Below, piece after piece: positions 63,800 to 64,000 of a stretch of 64,000 nucleotides of DNA. The DNA comes from Owenia fusiformis (lineage: Eukaryota). The stretch lies in assembly GCA_903813345.2 (NCBI GenBank), contig CAIIXF020000001.1, positions 36,766,001 through 36,830,000 on the forward strand. The letters are read 5' to 3'. The notes under the pieces were generated by a model. It saw only the letters and a program-made list of their open reading frames with translations. It did not search any database and was not told where the DNA came from. Position 1 is the first letter of the stretch. Each line of letters starts with the position of its first letter. The translations under genes and the position numbers were made by a program.

Positions 63800-64000
63800 C
63801 TGGAACATTATATGGTCTATAGTAGTCCAAGAGAATATTTAATTTAGCATTCGAGATGATACAAGTATAGATGTAAGTAACATTGATCAAATTATAAAAA
63901 TTTTGAACAAATTAAAATAACTGTACAAAAGAGTTAAGTTGTATTTTGGACTACATTTTGGAGTTGTCAAATGTACAGTATGGTCCAAAAGATTTAAATT

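Overview
AT-rich, intron-rich animal genomic DNA. It is probably from a mollusc such as a bivalve, inferred from the repeat types and protein similarity; it is not prokaryotic. Most of the window (about 3.0-56.4 kb, + strand) is the 5'-truncated RIM/UNC-10 (RIMS) presynaptic active-zone gene. I rebuilt it by hand from GT-AG exons with matching phases: end of the Zn finger, PDZ, C2A, RQLPQIP RIM-BP motif and C2B, about 1580-1610 aa in the window. Its notable features are a frame-enforced pair of mutually exclusive exons before the PDZ, a symmetric cassette exon encoding a calmodulin-binding-like 1-8-14 helix, a possible Zn-finger micro-exon and a possible internal (RIM-gamma-like) promoter. The introns hold many non-autonomous DNA elements: a 5.7-kb foldback element with satellite arrays in its arms, a CAC-ended element with a nested TTAA MITE, Helentron/HINE-like copies (one pair sharing a duplicated 3' flank), hAT- and piggyBac-like MITEs, and several minisatellites. 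The window end (- strand) holds the 3' part of a type I membrane mucin gene: trefoil domain, 44-aa Thr-rich repeats, TM helix and a tail with NPxY and TxYxxL motifs. It carries a 2-bp frameshift in its repeat exon. I found no transposase, RNA gene or CRISPR array. All coordinates were counted by hand and no database searches were run.
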